Assembly (NCBI RefSeq): GCF_018977255.1
Contig: NW_024704743.1
Coordinates: 108,130,001-108,194,000 of the forward strand
From: Callorhinchus milii
Lineage: Eukaryota
Length of the DNA stretch: 64,000 bases
Reading direction: 5' to 3'
Shown: positions 1 through 13,262 of the stretch, one piece after another
Position numbering within the stretch: position 1 is the stretch's first letter
Layout: each line of letters starts with the position of its first letter
The notes under the pieces: generated by a model
Told to the model about the DNA's origin: nothing
What the model saw: the letters and a program-made list of their open reading frames with translations, nothing else
Databases searched by the model: none
Position numbers and translations under genes: made by a program

Positions 1-30
1 TGGATGCATTCTCAAAAGGTAGGCTGAATA

Positions 31-822
31 CAACAACAACGACAACAACAAAATTACATTTGTAGAGCGCCTTTCATGTCAGGAGGACATCCCAAGGTGC
101 TGAACAGTCAGGGATCAGGACCCAAGTGTAAGGAGCAGGGTTGGGAAATGGAAGGGCAGAGGGGGTAGGAGGGCGGCTGAAGGCACAGTCAAAAAGGAGG
201 GTCTTGAGTCGTGCCTTGTAGGAGGCAAGAGAGGGAGCAAGGCAAAGGGATTGTAGGATGGAGTTCCAAAGAATGGGGGCAGAAAGGCTGAAAGCCCCGT
301 CGCCGATGTTAGGGCAGGTTGGGTGGGAGACATGGAGCAGGCCAGAGCACACTGAGTGGAGGGAGCGGACAGGTTGATGGGGATCAGCAGGTTAGAGATG
401 TAGGGGGGTCAAGACCGTGGAGAGCTTTAAAAGTGAGGCCGAGGATTTTGAATTCTATTCTCTGAGTGATGGGGATCCAGTTGAGCCAGGTGAGTGTGGG
501 GATGATGGGGTCACGGAGTCTCGTGCGGGAGAGGACACGAGCGGCAGAGTTCTGGATGATCTGCAGCTTATGGAGGGAAGAATTGGGGAGACTGACAAGG
601 AGGGAGTTTCCGTAGTTGAGTCTTGAGGTGACAAATGCGTATATGAGGGTTTCAGCGGCCTGAGCAGTGAGGCAGTGGCGGAGTCGGGCAATGTTGCGGA
701 GGTGGGGGAAGGCAGAGTGGGTCATGGTATGAATATGGGGGAGAAAGGACAGTTGAGGGTTGAACAAGCCATCAGGTTCTTAACTGGCTTGGCGAGATGG
801 AGTGTGCAACTGTGGATGCTGA
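31..822 (-). mobile_element. L2-clade LINE, 5'-truncated 3' fragment (ORF2 C-terminus, 3' UTR, (TGT)n tail)
   Basis: Minus-strand ORF 384..767 reads FNPQLSFLPHI...AFVTSRLNYGNSLL...LQIIQNSAARVL...[15 protein letters not shown], typical of the L2 ORF2 C-terminus; (CAA)n tail at 31-50; frameshifted. Confidence 0.92.
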
Positions 823-1297
823 AATATATGAAGTGAAGTAGTTTGAGCAATGGTGCTAAGTCTTTTCTGCCAAATGAACCATTCTCAACAATTCCGCTTG
901 AACATTTTGGATCAATAGTGGATCAATTTTGATTCCCTCATATTTGTGTCACCTAAAAGCTCTTGCTCGGAATATCCCCCATTACAAAATGCTTACAGAT
1001 TGTCTTATCTGCTTTGATTAGAGATGAAACTTCTAAAGAGAAACAAATCAAAATATTCCAACTGTTGAGACATCACTTCAAAAGGAATGAATATTCAAAT
1101 CAATGCGGTTCCAGTGTTGAGTTGGGTTCAAAACATAAACTGACAAACTCACAAAGCAATATATTCAGCTGAGTGGATTGTTCAATTGAATGGATCAAAA
1201 AGCCAGTCAGACATGCTATTTTACAGAATGATGCATTATCTCCCTATTCCATCCCTGGAAGAGTTGACCCCTATGCTATGCAATATTATATAATATA

Positions 1298-1478
1298 GGA
1301 GTCCTGTAGCGTAGTGTTAGCATGCTCGTTTTGCAAGCGAACGGATCCGGGTTTGATTCCCAGGCAGGACAAAACCTTAGCCAGGTTTCCTTACTCCAAA
1401 TGGCTCTGTTTACCTAGCAGTAAGTAGGAACCCGGTTGTTAGTTGATTGGTGGATTGCTTTCCGGGAGTAATGGTTTC
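1298..1478 (+). mobile_element. tRNA-derived SINE (long form), 5' half
   Basis: GGAGTCCTGTAGC head with A/B-box-like motifs followed by TTTCCTTACTCC...CTAGCAGTAAGTAGGAACC body; 3' part missing. Confidence 0.85.
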
Positions 1479-1505
1479 TGCCGGTGGGGTTAGAAAGTGG
1501 GCTGG

Positions 1506-1753
1506 TCTTCTGCCCCCACCCCCTGGAACTTCATCCCGCAGTCCCTCCACCTCGCCCCCTCCCTTGCCACCTTCAAGACCCATCCCAAAACTCTCCTCTT
1601 CACCCGTGCTTTAGATTTCCCTGCTTTCCCCCCTGCCCTCCACGACCCCGACTCCCAGCTTGGGTCCGTAACTCTATCTGTCCACTGCCTTGAGACGTCC
1701 TCCCGACATGAAAGGTGCTTTACAAATGTAATTTTGTTGTTGTTGTTATTGTT
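1506..1753 (+). mobile_element. L2 LINE 3' end
   Basis: WNFIPQSLHLAPSLATFKTHPKTLLF motif, 3' hairpin GACGTCCTCCCGACATGAAAGG and (TGT)n tail. Confidence 0.85.
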
Positions 1754-2010
1754 GTGGGCGAACGCTGTAGCCAATTGGCACACAGCTCTATTCCACAAAC
1801 AGCCATGCAATGAATGACTAATTTTATTTGGGGCATTATTTGCCAGGACACTAGGAGAAACTCCCCTCTCTTGTCAAATAGTGCCAAGGGATCTTTAACA
1901 TCCACCCAAACAGGCAGATGGGACCTCGGTTTAACGTTCAAAGGCCAGATGCACTTCGGACAGTGCAGTTCTTCCCTAGCACTGAACTGGCAAAGCAGAT
2001 CTAATGTCAG
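1754..2010 (-). mobile_element. Deu-domain (SacSINE1-like) SINE, internal fragment
   Basis: Reverse complement contains TTAAACCGAGGTCCCATCTGCCTG...TTAAAGATCCCTTGGCACTATT...GGCTGTTTGTGG, the Deu-domain motifs. Confidence 0.8.
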
Positions 2011-2781
2011 GCTCTAATCTGATTGTGTGTAGGAGGGAAGCCGAGGAGTTGTTTCATGGGCACAGGTGGGCCTGGAAAGGGATGATTGGTTTTAATTGTG
2101 CCTGTGAGACATTAACAATTTCTGGTGACCAGCCCTTTATTCATTACAGATAAATGGGCAAGCTCTGGAGCTCACTGATCTGTGATTAGAGCTGAAATCT
2201 GTAATTAGAGCTATGTTTGTAAGCCCTTGTTCACTGTGCTTTGCAGAGCTCAGGACATTGTTGATATCAATGTTCCGGTTAACTTTGAATTCAAAATGGT
2301 TATCCCTATTGTATCCAGTGTTTAAAAAAAAGAGACAACTTTGATAGCTTTGTCCTTATATCATTTGCAGTACATTTGGTCAAGTATTTTGCCCACAAAA
2401 CATACAGTCACTGCACTTCAAAATAAATCCCGTGAAGTGCTTTGAGATGTCCTCCTGAATTGAAATGTATACCAAATGTAAGTATTAATATAATTATTAT
2501 TCTTATCTAACAATCAAATAGAAAATTGCCATAAATCAAAAAAAGAAACGGGAAGCATTCTGAATAATGTTTGTAAATGTTTTGTTCGTTGCAGCATTAA
2601 AAAACTTGCAATGTCACAGGGGATAGCAAAATGTTTTTTGCCATCAGGTCATCAATCTGCTAGAATACTTCTGAGAGCAAACTGATCTTGAGTCTCAGTC
2701 TTGAGACTGAGCAGCTGGTTTTGTTGTTTTGAGCTGGGCTCACACAGTTCGACTCGGTGCTTTGAGAGCAACTTTCTGTTT

Positions 2782-3310
2782 CTTCACTTCAGGAAGAATG
2801 TTAAAGCCTTGGAGGCAGAGCAGAGAAGATTTACGAGAATGATACCAGGGATGAAGGGCTATAGTTATGAAGAGAATTTGGAGGAAAAGAGTCTGTTTTC
2901 ACTGAAACAGAGAATATTGAAAGGGGGTCAAACATGACCAAAGTTGAAAGGGGACCTGATTGAGGTGTACAAAATTATAAAGGGTTTTGACAGGATAAAT
3001 AGTGAGAAGACTATTTACATTGGTAAGTGAGTCAGTGACTACTGTAGAGGACGAAAATATAAGAGAGTCAAAGGAGAGCCTAGGAGTAATGTTTTCACAG
3101 AAAGTTGTTGGAATGTGGAATGACCTGCCTAGTAATGTGGTAGAGACACAGTCCATTGTGGATTTGAAGAGGGAATTAGACAGGTATACGAAAGATAAAG
3201 GCTTGAAAGATATGACGATAGTGTGGGACAGTGGATTGAATAAACTGCTTGTGTTGAGACATGTGCAGAATGGATGGCCTCTTTGTACACTGTAGATTTC
3301 TGTGATACTC
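2782..3310 (+). mobile_element. CR1-clade LINE 3' fragment
   Basis: HFRKNVKALEAEQRRFTRMIPGMKGYSYEE...LFSLKQR and FSQKVVGMWNDLPSNVVE are CR1 ORF2 C-terminal motifs. Confidence 0.88.
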
Positions 3311-3885
3311 TGTATATGTAACTGCACTCTGTTTTGTCTGTAAAATATATACTTTAATCTCAAAATAACACAATAAACTTTTAGTGGCAAAAATTAAATC
3401 TGAGGTTACAGAAACCTAAAATCAATACATAAAAGGAGTCCTGTGCACGCTCAGAAAGCAGTTACATTATCCACAAGCTCCAATAATACTCTCCCATTAT
3501 TTTTTGTGGTTAGTGGATGTAAAGTAAGTCTCTGGTGCTTCATAGCAGCTGTTAAAGTTTCTGAAGGTTAATTGTAACTCAATCCCTCTATTAAAGTAAT
3601 CCATTTTCACATATTGAGTGTACGCTCCATAGGTGCATGCAGTTTATGTGATACAGAATTAAAGACAAGAAACAATATTATGCAGGTACATAGTTTAGAC
3701 TCCGGCTGTGATACGCTTGCAGTACAAATAATCTTTGTGTATTTGCAGTTGAACAAACAATCATAATAATAATCTTGCATTTGATATAACACCTTATCAT
3801 GCCATCGAGATGTCTTTGAGACTCTACCCAACATTTATAAATGCTAGATGTTGATGTCTCAAAGTCCTTCATAGGATATACTGTA

Positions 3886-4030
3886 AACAACAACAAAATG
3901 ACATTTGTAAAGCACCTTTCACGTCGGGAGGACGTCCCAAGGCACTGGACAGACAGAGTTACGGACCTGAGCTGGGGGTAGGGGTAGGTGAGGGTGGAGG
4001 GCAGGGGGGGAAGCAGGGAGATCGAAAGTA
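3886..4030 (-). mobile_element. L2 LINE 3' tip
   Basis: (CAA)n tail plus TTTCACGTCGGGAGGACGTCCCAAGGCAC hairpin; same 3' UTR subtype as the copy at 1650-1750. Confidence 0.85.
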
Positions 4031-6698
4031 AAATAGAGTGATGGTGTATTTGTCCCACAAATAACCATGTTTGATCAATTTTATTTGGGGAATTGTTGGC
4101 CACCACACTGGGAGAAACTCCCTACTCTTTTTGAGTGAGATCTTTAAAGTCCACCTGAACAGGCAGACGGGAATTTAGTTTGAGCTTGTTCTCAGTAATT
4201 TAAACAGTTTCTGTAGCTTGAACGTGAAATGTGTGCGTATTCTTATGGAGCCCTGTAAACTGTGGGCACCCTCGTACAGGACTTGGTACATACTAAGAAC
4301 ACCAAAATCAGGTGTTTACTTATTAAGAACTGGTCAGGCACCATTGAAGGCTTTTGTGAATCACCAAAACCCCTGTGTTCTAACTTTACATAGTCTGAAA
4401 TCAAGCAGCTACTCGATACAGTTTCAGAAATCGATGCCTCAATTGTAAGACAGAACAAAAGGGTTTCATGGTCGGAAGCTGAGCAGAATTTCCCCTTTGT
4501 AACGGTTATGTAAAGTTTGCGGTGAAAATCAAATGTGAACCTTTGTGACACAAATACACAGTCATTAAACTTTACAGTGAAGTGCTTTGAGACTCTTGAT
4601 GACATGTTAAGCCCAATATCAAATGTAAAGATTATTACAATAACATTTACATTTATACAGCGATTTTAATGTCAGGAGGACGTTTCAAAATGCTTGACAC
4701 TGCTGGCTGATCACCCAAGCTGGAGGTGAGAGCTGAAGGGATGGGAAAGATTACTGAAAGTGAGGTGAAAGAGGTGTGTCTAGAGATGGACTTTGAATGA
4801 GGGAGGGAAGGACGGAGGGAGCCTGAGGGACTCTGGTAAAGGGTCCAGGTTATTAGAAATGGAAGGTGAGGGTGCCTAACCCAGAGACGTATGATGCTGT
4901 TTCATCCCCAGGTAGCTCTCATATGGTCACTTTTCCATCTCATGATAATAATAATCATTACCGTTGATATAGTGCCTTATCATGTCTTCGAGATGTCTCA
5001 AAGAGCTTCACAGATTATACTGTAAAGTGAATTGAATGTATATTTTGTGGGCGAAATATTTTGATGTCCAGAACTCATGAAAAATCTGTTGTTGTCTTTG
5101 CTGGCTATCAGGATTGCGTCTGGAATTCTCCAAAGAACATGAGGTACATTGCTGTTGGATAGGCCGTAGAGCCTTCTTCATCCAGACCAATCTTGTGATC
5201 CTGTGAGAATAATGAGAATTATTGATTCAACAGAGAAAGATTATGGCCTCATGCAGCCTTAACCCATCATGTAACAGCAATTGGATACAAATCCTAATCA
5301 TTCAACATTTTCTTATTTGAAGTCCATTTAATGCCACCTGTGTTGGGGGAACGTCAACCTCTGGCACGTATGGATAATTCCTAATCAATACATTCCTAAT
5401 GCCTAACATTTAAACCGCATTATAGCTCCCACTGTATCTGTACAACTGTTTGCAGTTAGTAGGATATTGCTGTGTGCCCAAAAAGGCTGCTGCATTTGCC
5501 TACAAATTCACAGTCACTACATTTCACAGTAAGTAGAGTGCTTTGAGAATTCTTGATGACGTGATAAAGCACTTGTATCAAATGTAAAGATTATTATTGT
5601 ATTGCTGTAGAAATATTTCTATGGTAGCTCGTTTTTCCCCCCACTCAATTTTTGTTTGCAGAGTTGGCTAAAACGGAGATTAGGGAATATTTGACTGGAT
5701 GGCATCTCAAGGCTGATTTGCAACTTAGTTGTAAATGACAAACGGTCATGTGAAATCCCTGCTCCTCTGAAATGGGGCTGTGAGAAGTAAAGAGCCTGGG
5801 AACCACTTTAACTGAGGAGTATGTCCAATTCCAAGTGCAACTACTGTTTATATCAGTGCACAGTGTGCCCAGCCTTGAAGGATTACCACTCGGTTGCTGA
5901 TAGCACTTTATAATTTGTAACACATTTTTGTTGGGCTGGTGCTTCACCAGTTGATCAGATTGCGCATTGCAGGGACCCCGAACTCCTGGAGTCTTCAGTC
6001 CTAACTTTATCCATAGATGTTCAGTGATACAATCATTGGAGCTTGTGAGCTGACTTCCTGTGTAGTGACTGAGAAACCTGCTGCTTTTCTATTCATTCCT
6101 CATGTTTAACTAATCCTGATCTGTTCATCGAAAGGATTGGATTTTGAGAATGGTTTTCCTCTCTGTCCTTGACAAAATCCACTATTGGCTGGCACTGTTT
6201 TGTCCTTGTTGTGATTAAAATGAAGCATATTGAACTGACCCTGAGGAGGTGAGCCTGGCAAGGATTCAGTAATCCAAGGCAAACATGGAGGTATAGTCCT
6301 ATGAGCCAAAACCCTAATGGATAAGGCAGCCCTCGATAGACAAGTACCATGTAGTGCGGTTGCTATCTTTTTAACCTATACTCTTCAATCCTTCTCTAAT
6401 GAGATTAAATAGTGAAGTACATTTATATCAACAGTGCGTTTGACAAAGTGCTCAAAAGAGAAAACCACAGTGTAAATGTTCTGAGTGCCAGATGATGTGC
6501 CTTGGGACATAAAGTGTGTCTCGTGTACATCACAGCAACTCATGGAGTTCTGCTCCGATGTGATCTCAAGTATTGAGGCGCTTTTTCTGGCATTTGGGCC
6601 TTTTATGGTGCTATTTTCCCTTTTAAATGTTGTTCCAACCTTATTATCTTTGCTTTTATTATTTTAAAGGTTTGGATTACTTCTCCCTCGATCTATAA

Positions 6699-7136
6699 AA
6701 TAATAATAATCCTTGCATTCGTTATAGCGCCCTATCATGTCATCAAGATTTCAAGATCCTTCACAGGATTTACAGTAAAGTGGCGTGATCATGTGTATTT
6801 TGTGGGCGAATGTATCAGATAATTTGCACACAGCAATGTCCCACAGTGGGATGCGTGACAATTTTTTTATTTGGGAGATTGTCGACTAGGACACTATGAA
6901 CATCCTTCTCTTTTCGAATAGTGCCATGGGATCTTTAACGTCCACGTGGATAGGAAAGCAGGGCCTCGGTTTAAACATTTAATCCAAAGAATGATACCTC
7001 CAACAATATAGTAACCTCCCAGCACTGCCTTGGGTATGTCAGCATAAACTATATGGGTTCCAATTCCTGACGTGGAGTTTGATCCCACAACCTTCTGTCT
7101 CAGAGGTGAGAGTGCTACCAACCGAACGAGACTGGC
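6699..7136 (-). mobile_element. Deu-domain (SacSINE1-like) tRNA-SINE, near full length
   Basis: Head reverse-complements to TTGGTAGCACTCTCACCTCTGAGACAGAAGGTTGTGGGATCAA, followed by Deu-domain motifs, L2-type tail and (ATT)n end. Confidence 0.85.
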
Positions 7137-7744
7137 AATAAAATCTATTTTATAATTAGAACATGCTTAGCTCTGCAAGCCTCTCTTTGTAATTTACAGC
7201 TCAAAACTCTAGAGCCATCCTTGCTATTCTTCTCTGCACCCTGTGTAATGTTTCAATGACTTTTTGAAGCTAGGATGCCCAACCAAAGCCACCACTAATC
7301 TACATGAGGTTAGAATAAATTCTTTGACTTAATAATCTAACATCTTCGAGAGGGAACTTTGGGTTTGATTAGTTTAGTTGACAGCAGCTTCACTTTGACT
7401 AGAAAATTTAAGACTTTGGAATCACTGTGAATAACCATCCCTTTGGTGTATACACATATCTGCAGTTTCTTGTTATCCCTGTGCATTACCTTATATTGCA
7501 TTATCTACCTCCATCTGCTTCCGATTTCCTTGCATTCTCTTAATCCTCACCTATTATTCCCCTTCCCATATCCAAATACAGAGCTCATTATCTACCCTAG
7601 TTTGGACTGTTTCCACATCCTATTGAGGATGTGGAAACAGTGTGGATAATGAGTCATCACGCAAAATACAAATTGGCTACAGTATTAACCAACATTTTCT
7701 CCTGTTAAGAATTATACGGTCCCTATAATATCACACTATGCCAA

Positions 7745-7970
7745 CCCTTCTATCTCTGCTTCTCTCTCTACTCCGACTTTCTCTTTCTGAGTTGTACTTT
7801 TTTTGACTGTCTCTCTCTCTCCTTGAAGCTCTACATTTCTATCTCTTGCTGTCATTCTGACTTCCTCTTTATCTCTGTCTTTCTCTCTCCCTTTCCCTTT
7901 GTCTTTAAACTTCTTCCTCGCTTTCTCCCTCCTGTTTCTTTCTAACTGTTTATCACTCTCTCTTCCTTTT
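7745..7970. repeat. CT-rich low-complexity tract
   Basis: Dense CT/TC pyrimidine runs. Confidence 0.75.
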
Positions 7971-8287
7971 GTATAAGCTTATACTGTCCCTAACTGCAGA
8001 GACATTTATATGGTTGCAATAGTTACAACAATAATTTGCATATATTGTGAGTTTCACCTACAGAAATGAAGTTGGGAGCCTGAACAGGATGGGAGATGTG
8101 GGGTGGGATTGAAACAAGGTGACTTAGGGGTAGTCAAAAAAGCAGGATTTTAGCAAGTTTTGATAGAAAAGGAGGGTGCGAGACGAGAGATTTAGGGGAG
8201 AGTTTTAGAGAATTAATGTAAAGCAGCTGAAGGTTGAAAGCTTATTGTTTAGTGATGAGAGAAACTGACAATTTTATTTACAGGGTA

Positions 8288-8643
8288 TAATAATAATAAT
8301 CCTTGCATTTGATGTAGCACTTTTCATGTCTTCTAAACATCTTAAAGTGCTTCACAGAATATACTGTAAAGTGAACTCATTGTATATTTGTGAGCGAAAC
8401 GCGGCAGCCAATTGTGCACAAACAGCTGTGGTTTGAGTGACCAAATTATTATTGTTTTTTTAAGGATGATTATCCCCAGAAAAGTGATCTGCCAATTGAC
8501 TAACAACCAAGTTCCTACTTACTGCTCGGTAAACTGAGGTGTGTAGAGGAAGGAAACTTGCCCAACATTTCGCCCTGCTGGGAATTGAACCCAGGTCTCT
8601 TGCTTGCGAGGCGAATGCTACAACCATTGATCTACAGGACTCC
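8288..8643 (-). mobile_element. tRNA-derived SINE, long form, full length
   Basis: (TAA)n-CCTTGCATTTGAT tail at left and CTACAGGACTCC head at right; contains the GTTCCTACTTACTGC internal block. Confidence 0.9.
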
Positions 8644-9319
8644 GCTATATGATTCCCAGCCAGATGCAAAGAATTAATTACAATTGTACCCTGTGTAGTT
8701 GTAACAGCATCACTGGGAGATTGCTGCTCTCCCTCCGATCAAGTGCGCTATGTTATATTTTCCATTGTCCTGCTCTAGCTGCCAGCTCCTGCAATAATTA
8801 CTTCCTGATGGCCTGCGGGTGGCCCCTTTATTTTGGAATTTAATGGTCATTACTTCAGGGTGTTTTACGGAGGAATCATAAACAGCATCAGGTCAGATTA
8901 CTCTGCTTTCCCCTGTATCTGCAGTCTCATCAGTGAGGCGGAGGCTGCTGCTGAGACGTAACAACTCTAGATCCATTTAAATAAGAATTGGATTAAACAC
9001 AGTCAGGAGGAAGCTTCTCTTTGGCCAGGCCGCCAAACAAACGGTAGCAGATTTCTTCTCGGTACTTTTGACATGTTTAATGGCAGCATTTTCAGCTTCC
9101 ACGAATAGAACAACTCCTCCAGCCTCCTCAAGGTTTAAAAGCCAGAACAACCTTGCAAGCTTTCCTTCACCACATTTTTTAATTCCAGCTTCATGTATTG
9201 CATTGACCCATCTTTTAGACGTTGTTTTTATTTGTCTCCTCTCTGCAGACAGAGGACCTCTGATTAATTGCACTAGTAATGAGGGACACCTTTGTGAGAT
9301 TTATTGCACAGCATTACCT

Positions 9320-9586
9320 TGTCTGCCTGTTCAGGTGGACATCAACAATCCCATGGCACTACTCAAAAAGAAAAGGGAGTTTCTAACTTTGTCATAGCCA
9401 ACAATCCCCTAAATAAAAATGGTCATTCACTTTGTGGCTATTTATGGGACATTGCCGCATGCTAATTGACTGCCATGTTTGCCCACAAAACATGCACAGC
9501 ACTTTACAGTATATCCTGTGAAGTGCTTTGAGACATCCTACCGATGTAAAAGGCGCTCTACCAATGTAAGGATTATTATTATTAAT
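9320..9586 (+). mobile_element. Deu-domain SINE, 3' half
   Basis: TCTGCCTGTTCAGGTGGAC...CCCATGGCACTA...GGGACATTGC...GATGTAAAAGGCGC...ATTATTATT. Confidence 0.82.
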
Positions 9587-10240
9587 AATTCAAATGGACG
9601 GAAAGCCTTTGGTTTCTTTGTGTAAAAACACTGTGGGTCCAACGTTGGGAGTTACTTGATGGGGTAAATGTGATTGTTCCTTTCGCTAAGTTTAACTGCT
9701 TCTAAATAACTGATGCAATTTTGAATTTTAAATAATATTGTGAAATAAATGTAAAATAACATTATGCATAGAAAATGACATTACGTTATGAAGAAGCCAA
9801 AAGGACAAATTTACTGATGTTGAGTGGGAGGTTTAAATCAGGCTTCCTGTTCGACATTGCTTATGTTCCTTTACTGATCTGTACATTCCCACGGGATGTA
9901 TGAACATTCCTTGATGAATGTATGAAGGATGTAAGAACATCCTGAGTTGAAATCCCTTCACGGCCTTGCCTCAGCCTACATCTATGACCTCTTGCAACTC
10001 TACCACCCCGTCTGCTCCCTTCTACTCAACAAACACTGGCCTGCTTCATGTCTGCCATCTGCCCTAACTATCAGTGGGTAAGGTTTCAGCCATTCTGCCC
10101 CAATTCTCTGAAACTCCATCCCAGAGCCTGACAGAAGTAATCGGGAACGCACTGACCAGATCCCTGGTTTTCTGCATACTGATGCTAATGGATGTGTTTT
10201 GTTTTCTATCCCTTTGCCCCTTTGGTGTCTGTGTGCAGTA

Positions 10241-10910
10241 CAACAACAACAACAACAAGATTCCATTTATAAAGCGCCTTTCACGTCAGGAGGACGTCCC
10301 AAGGCGCTGCACAGTTGGGTCATGACCCGAGCAAGTGGGAAATGGTCAGGGTGAGGGGAGGGAAGGGAGGGAGAGAGGAGGGGGGAAATGGTCAGGGTGA
10401 GGGGAGGGAAGGGAGGGAGCGAGGAGGGGGAAGAGAGTCGAGAGGGGAGCTGAAGCCACGGTCAAAGAGAAAGGTTTTGAGACCGGCCTTGAAGGAGGAA
10501 AGGGAGGAAGCAAGGCAAAGGTACTGGGGGATGGAGTTCCAGAGCCTGGGGGCTGAGAGGCTGAAGGCCCGACCACCGATGGTAGGGCGGTTGGGGCGGG
10601 GGACGTGGAGCAGACCGGAGCCAGAGGAATGGAGGGTACGGGCAAGTAGGTAGGGGGATAGTAGGTTGGAGAGGTAGGAGGGAGCAAGGCCGTGAATGGC
10701 CTTATAGGTGAGGATGAGGATCTTGAAATCAATCCTCTGGGGGATGGGGAGCCAGTGGAGGCGAGCGAGGGTGGGAGTGATGTGGTCCCGAAGCCTGGTG
10801 TGGGACAGTACACGAGCTGCAGAGTTCTGAATGACCTGCAGCTTGTGGAGGGATGTGGTGGGAAGGCCGGCGAGGGGAGAGTTCCCGTAGTCCAGCCTTG
10901 AGGTGACAAA
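10241..10910 (-). mobile_element. L2 LINE 3' fragment, young subfamily
   Basis: Open frame [17 protein letters not shown]...[31 protein letters not shown]...[14 protein letters not shown]; CpG-rich; (CAA)n tail. Confidence 0.95.
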
Positions 10911-11054
10911 GTACACCCTGATTTGGATCCCACTTCCTTGAAGGTATTTTAAAATAGCCCAGTGTGGCTCAAATAATAATAGTGCCTTATCTGGTTGCAG
11001 ATAAGGTGCCTTATCGAAGCACTTCTCTGTCCCACTGATATACTGCCTCACAAT

Positions 11055-11385
11055 CAACAACAACAAAATTACATTTGTATAGCGCCTTTCACTTCGGGAG
11101 GATGTCCCAAGGCGCTGGACAGTCAGAGTTTCGGACACAAACTGGGGGGCAGGATCGGGAGGGTGGAGAGCACTGGGGGAAGAAGGGTCATCAAAAGCAT
11201 GATCGAAGAGGAGGGTCTTGAGATGGATCTTGAAGGATGCAAGGGAGGGGATGAGGCGGAGGGACTGCGGGATGGATTTATAGAGGGTGGGAGCACAGTG
11301 GCAGAAGGCCCGCCCGCCAATAGTGGGGTGAGCGAGGTGGGAGTTGTGCAGCAGCGTGGAGCTCGCTGAGTGGAGGGAGCGAGCA
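11055..11385 (-). mobile_element. L2 LINE 3' fragment
   Basis: (CAA)n tail, hairpin, and degenerate ORF2 C-terminus. Confidence 0.85.
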
Positions 11386-12762
11386 TCTTTACAATCAATA
11401 TCTGTAATCCTCGATCTCTCTGCTTCTCAAATATTCTTCCTTTCTTTGTTAATAAAAATAATACACTATTTCATATTTCTCAACATTAAACTGCATGTGC
11501 CACCAATCTGACCACTCTATTTTATCATGTCAGCCTGTGGTTACGTATTTTCTTTGGCGCAATTTGCATTGCACCCTAATTTGGAATTAGAAGCAAAGCC
11601 CATCCCCCAGCAATTTCCAAATCATTAATATATTTTGAATCATTGTGTTGTGTCTCCATTCACACACTGTGGACCAAGACGTGTAAATGGAAAATAAAAT
11701 CTGAGCAAACAGATGGGAGTTTGCAGATGACATCTGTCTAATTTGAGATCCAATGTTCAAGGGGCACTTGTTAACCAAAATACCATTTTGATTTATTGAT
11801 TATTGTTACAGGCTTTTCTTGAGTAATCAATGGACTTTTTTGTGTATTCATGGTTTCAATCACCCAATTAGTTCCTCTGCCATCAATCCCTGTCAGTTTC
11901 GAAGTTGAATGGAAATTCAGGTCTGTTTATTTCCACCAAACAATGGGGAGGGGAACCGGGAAGCTTCAAAGACCTGGCATCTGCTTCGAATGCTAATTTT
12001 GTTTTAACCCTTTGAAAGCTTCATGTATTTTGGTTTAGAGGAGTCTTTTTTAAAAATAAAAAAACACATGCAGCTTTCAATTGTGGATTTGTGCAATTTT
12101 AGTTTCAGAATTCAGCCCTTATTTTGGGTGGTGATGGTTTTAATGCTCCTACATTGTATTCAGAAAATAACCAGTAAAAAGAAGCGCAGATGTCTCCGGA
12201 TCATAGTTTATTGAAAGAACGGAGTAACGTTTGTGTTATGTCATAATGCGTAATTAACATGAGGAATGCATTATTAGACAACCACAGACTTTACCCCATT
12301 GTTACAATTTTTTTATGAATGTTTGGATTTACATAAGTACACTATCTCAGTTAACAGCAAAATGTTAGCAAAAAACATTAACTCGCATTTATATAGCCCC
12401 TTTCGTGAAGGATATTGCATCAGAGTGCTTCACAGAAATGAGGTCAGATGCCAGGAAGTGGGAGGTGACTATAAACGCAGTTGAAGAGGTTGATTTTTAG
12501 GTGGGATTTAAAGACAGATAGAGAGGGATGAGGTGGAGGGGTAAAGGAGAGAGTTCTAGAAGTTAGGGGACATAGAAGTTGAGCTACGCCAAACACAAAA
12601 TTAACCCATTATTGTTGTAATCCTTTGCTCATCCAAACCAAGTATATTTGCAGGAATACTGATCAAGATCTGAAATGTTGCATAATTGGCATTTACATTT
12701 TTTTTGTTCAGCCGGGTGTCTGACACATGCGGAAACCGATCACCATGTTTAAGAGTATCCAA

Positions 12763-13262
12763 ACAACAACAATAACAGGAGAACTTCACAAAACTCTGGA
12801 CAGTCAGGGATCTGCACCCGAGCTGGTGGTTGGGATCAGGAAGGGTGGAGGGTCGGGAGGATAGGGGTAGGAGGAAAGTGACCAAAGGTACGATCGAAGA
12901 GGAGGTTCTTGAGGCGAGTCTATAAAGAAGCAAGGGCGGGGATGAGGCGGAGGGACTGTAGGTTGGAGTTTCAGAGGGTGGGGGCAGAGAGGCTGAAGGC
13001 TTGCCTGCCAAAGGTGGGGCAGGCAAGAAGGGGGACGTGAAGCAGGCCAGAGCCCGCTAAGTTGACAGGTTGGTTGGGGATTAGGAGTTTGCAGAGGTAA
13101 GGGGGAGCAAGGCCATGGAGGGCTTTGAAGGTGAGGTCCAGGATCTTGAACTATATCCTCTTTGTGTTGGGGAACCAGTAGAGTCGGGCGAGGATGGGGG
13201 GATGATAGGGTTGCGGAGCCTGGTGCGGGAGAGGACCCGGGCTGCAGAGTTCTGGATGATGT
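12763..13262 (-). mobile_element. L2 LINE 3' fragment
   Basis: [16 protein letters not shown] motif; same 3' UTR layout as other L2 copies. Confidence 0.85.

Noticed and set aside
963..1172. Two near-identical 69/70-aa ORFs (963..1172 + and 37802..38014 -) as a small duplicated gene
   Set aside because: TTG start, no recognisable domain or splice structure; the similarity extends equally into the flanks and is explained by the inverted duplication.
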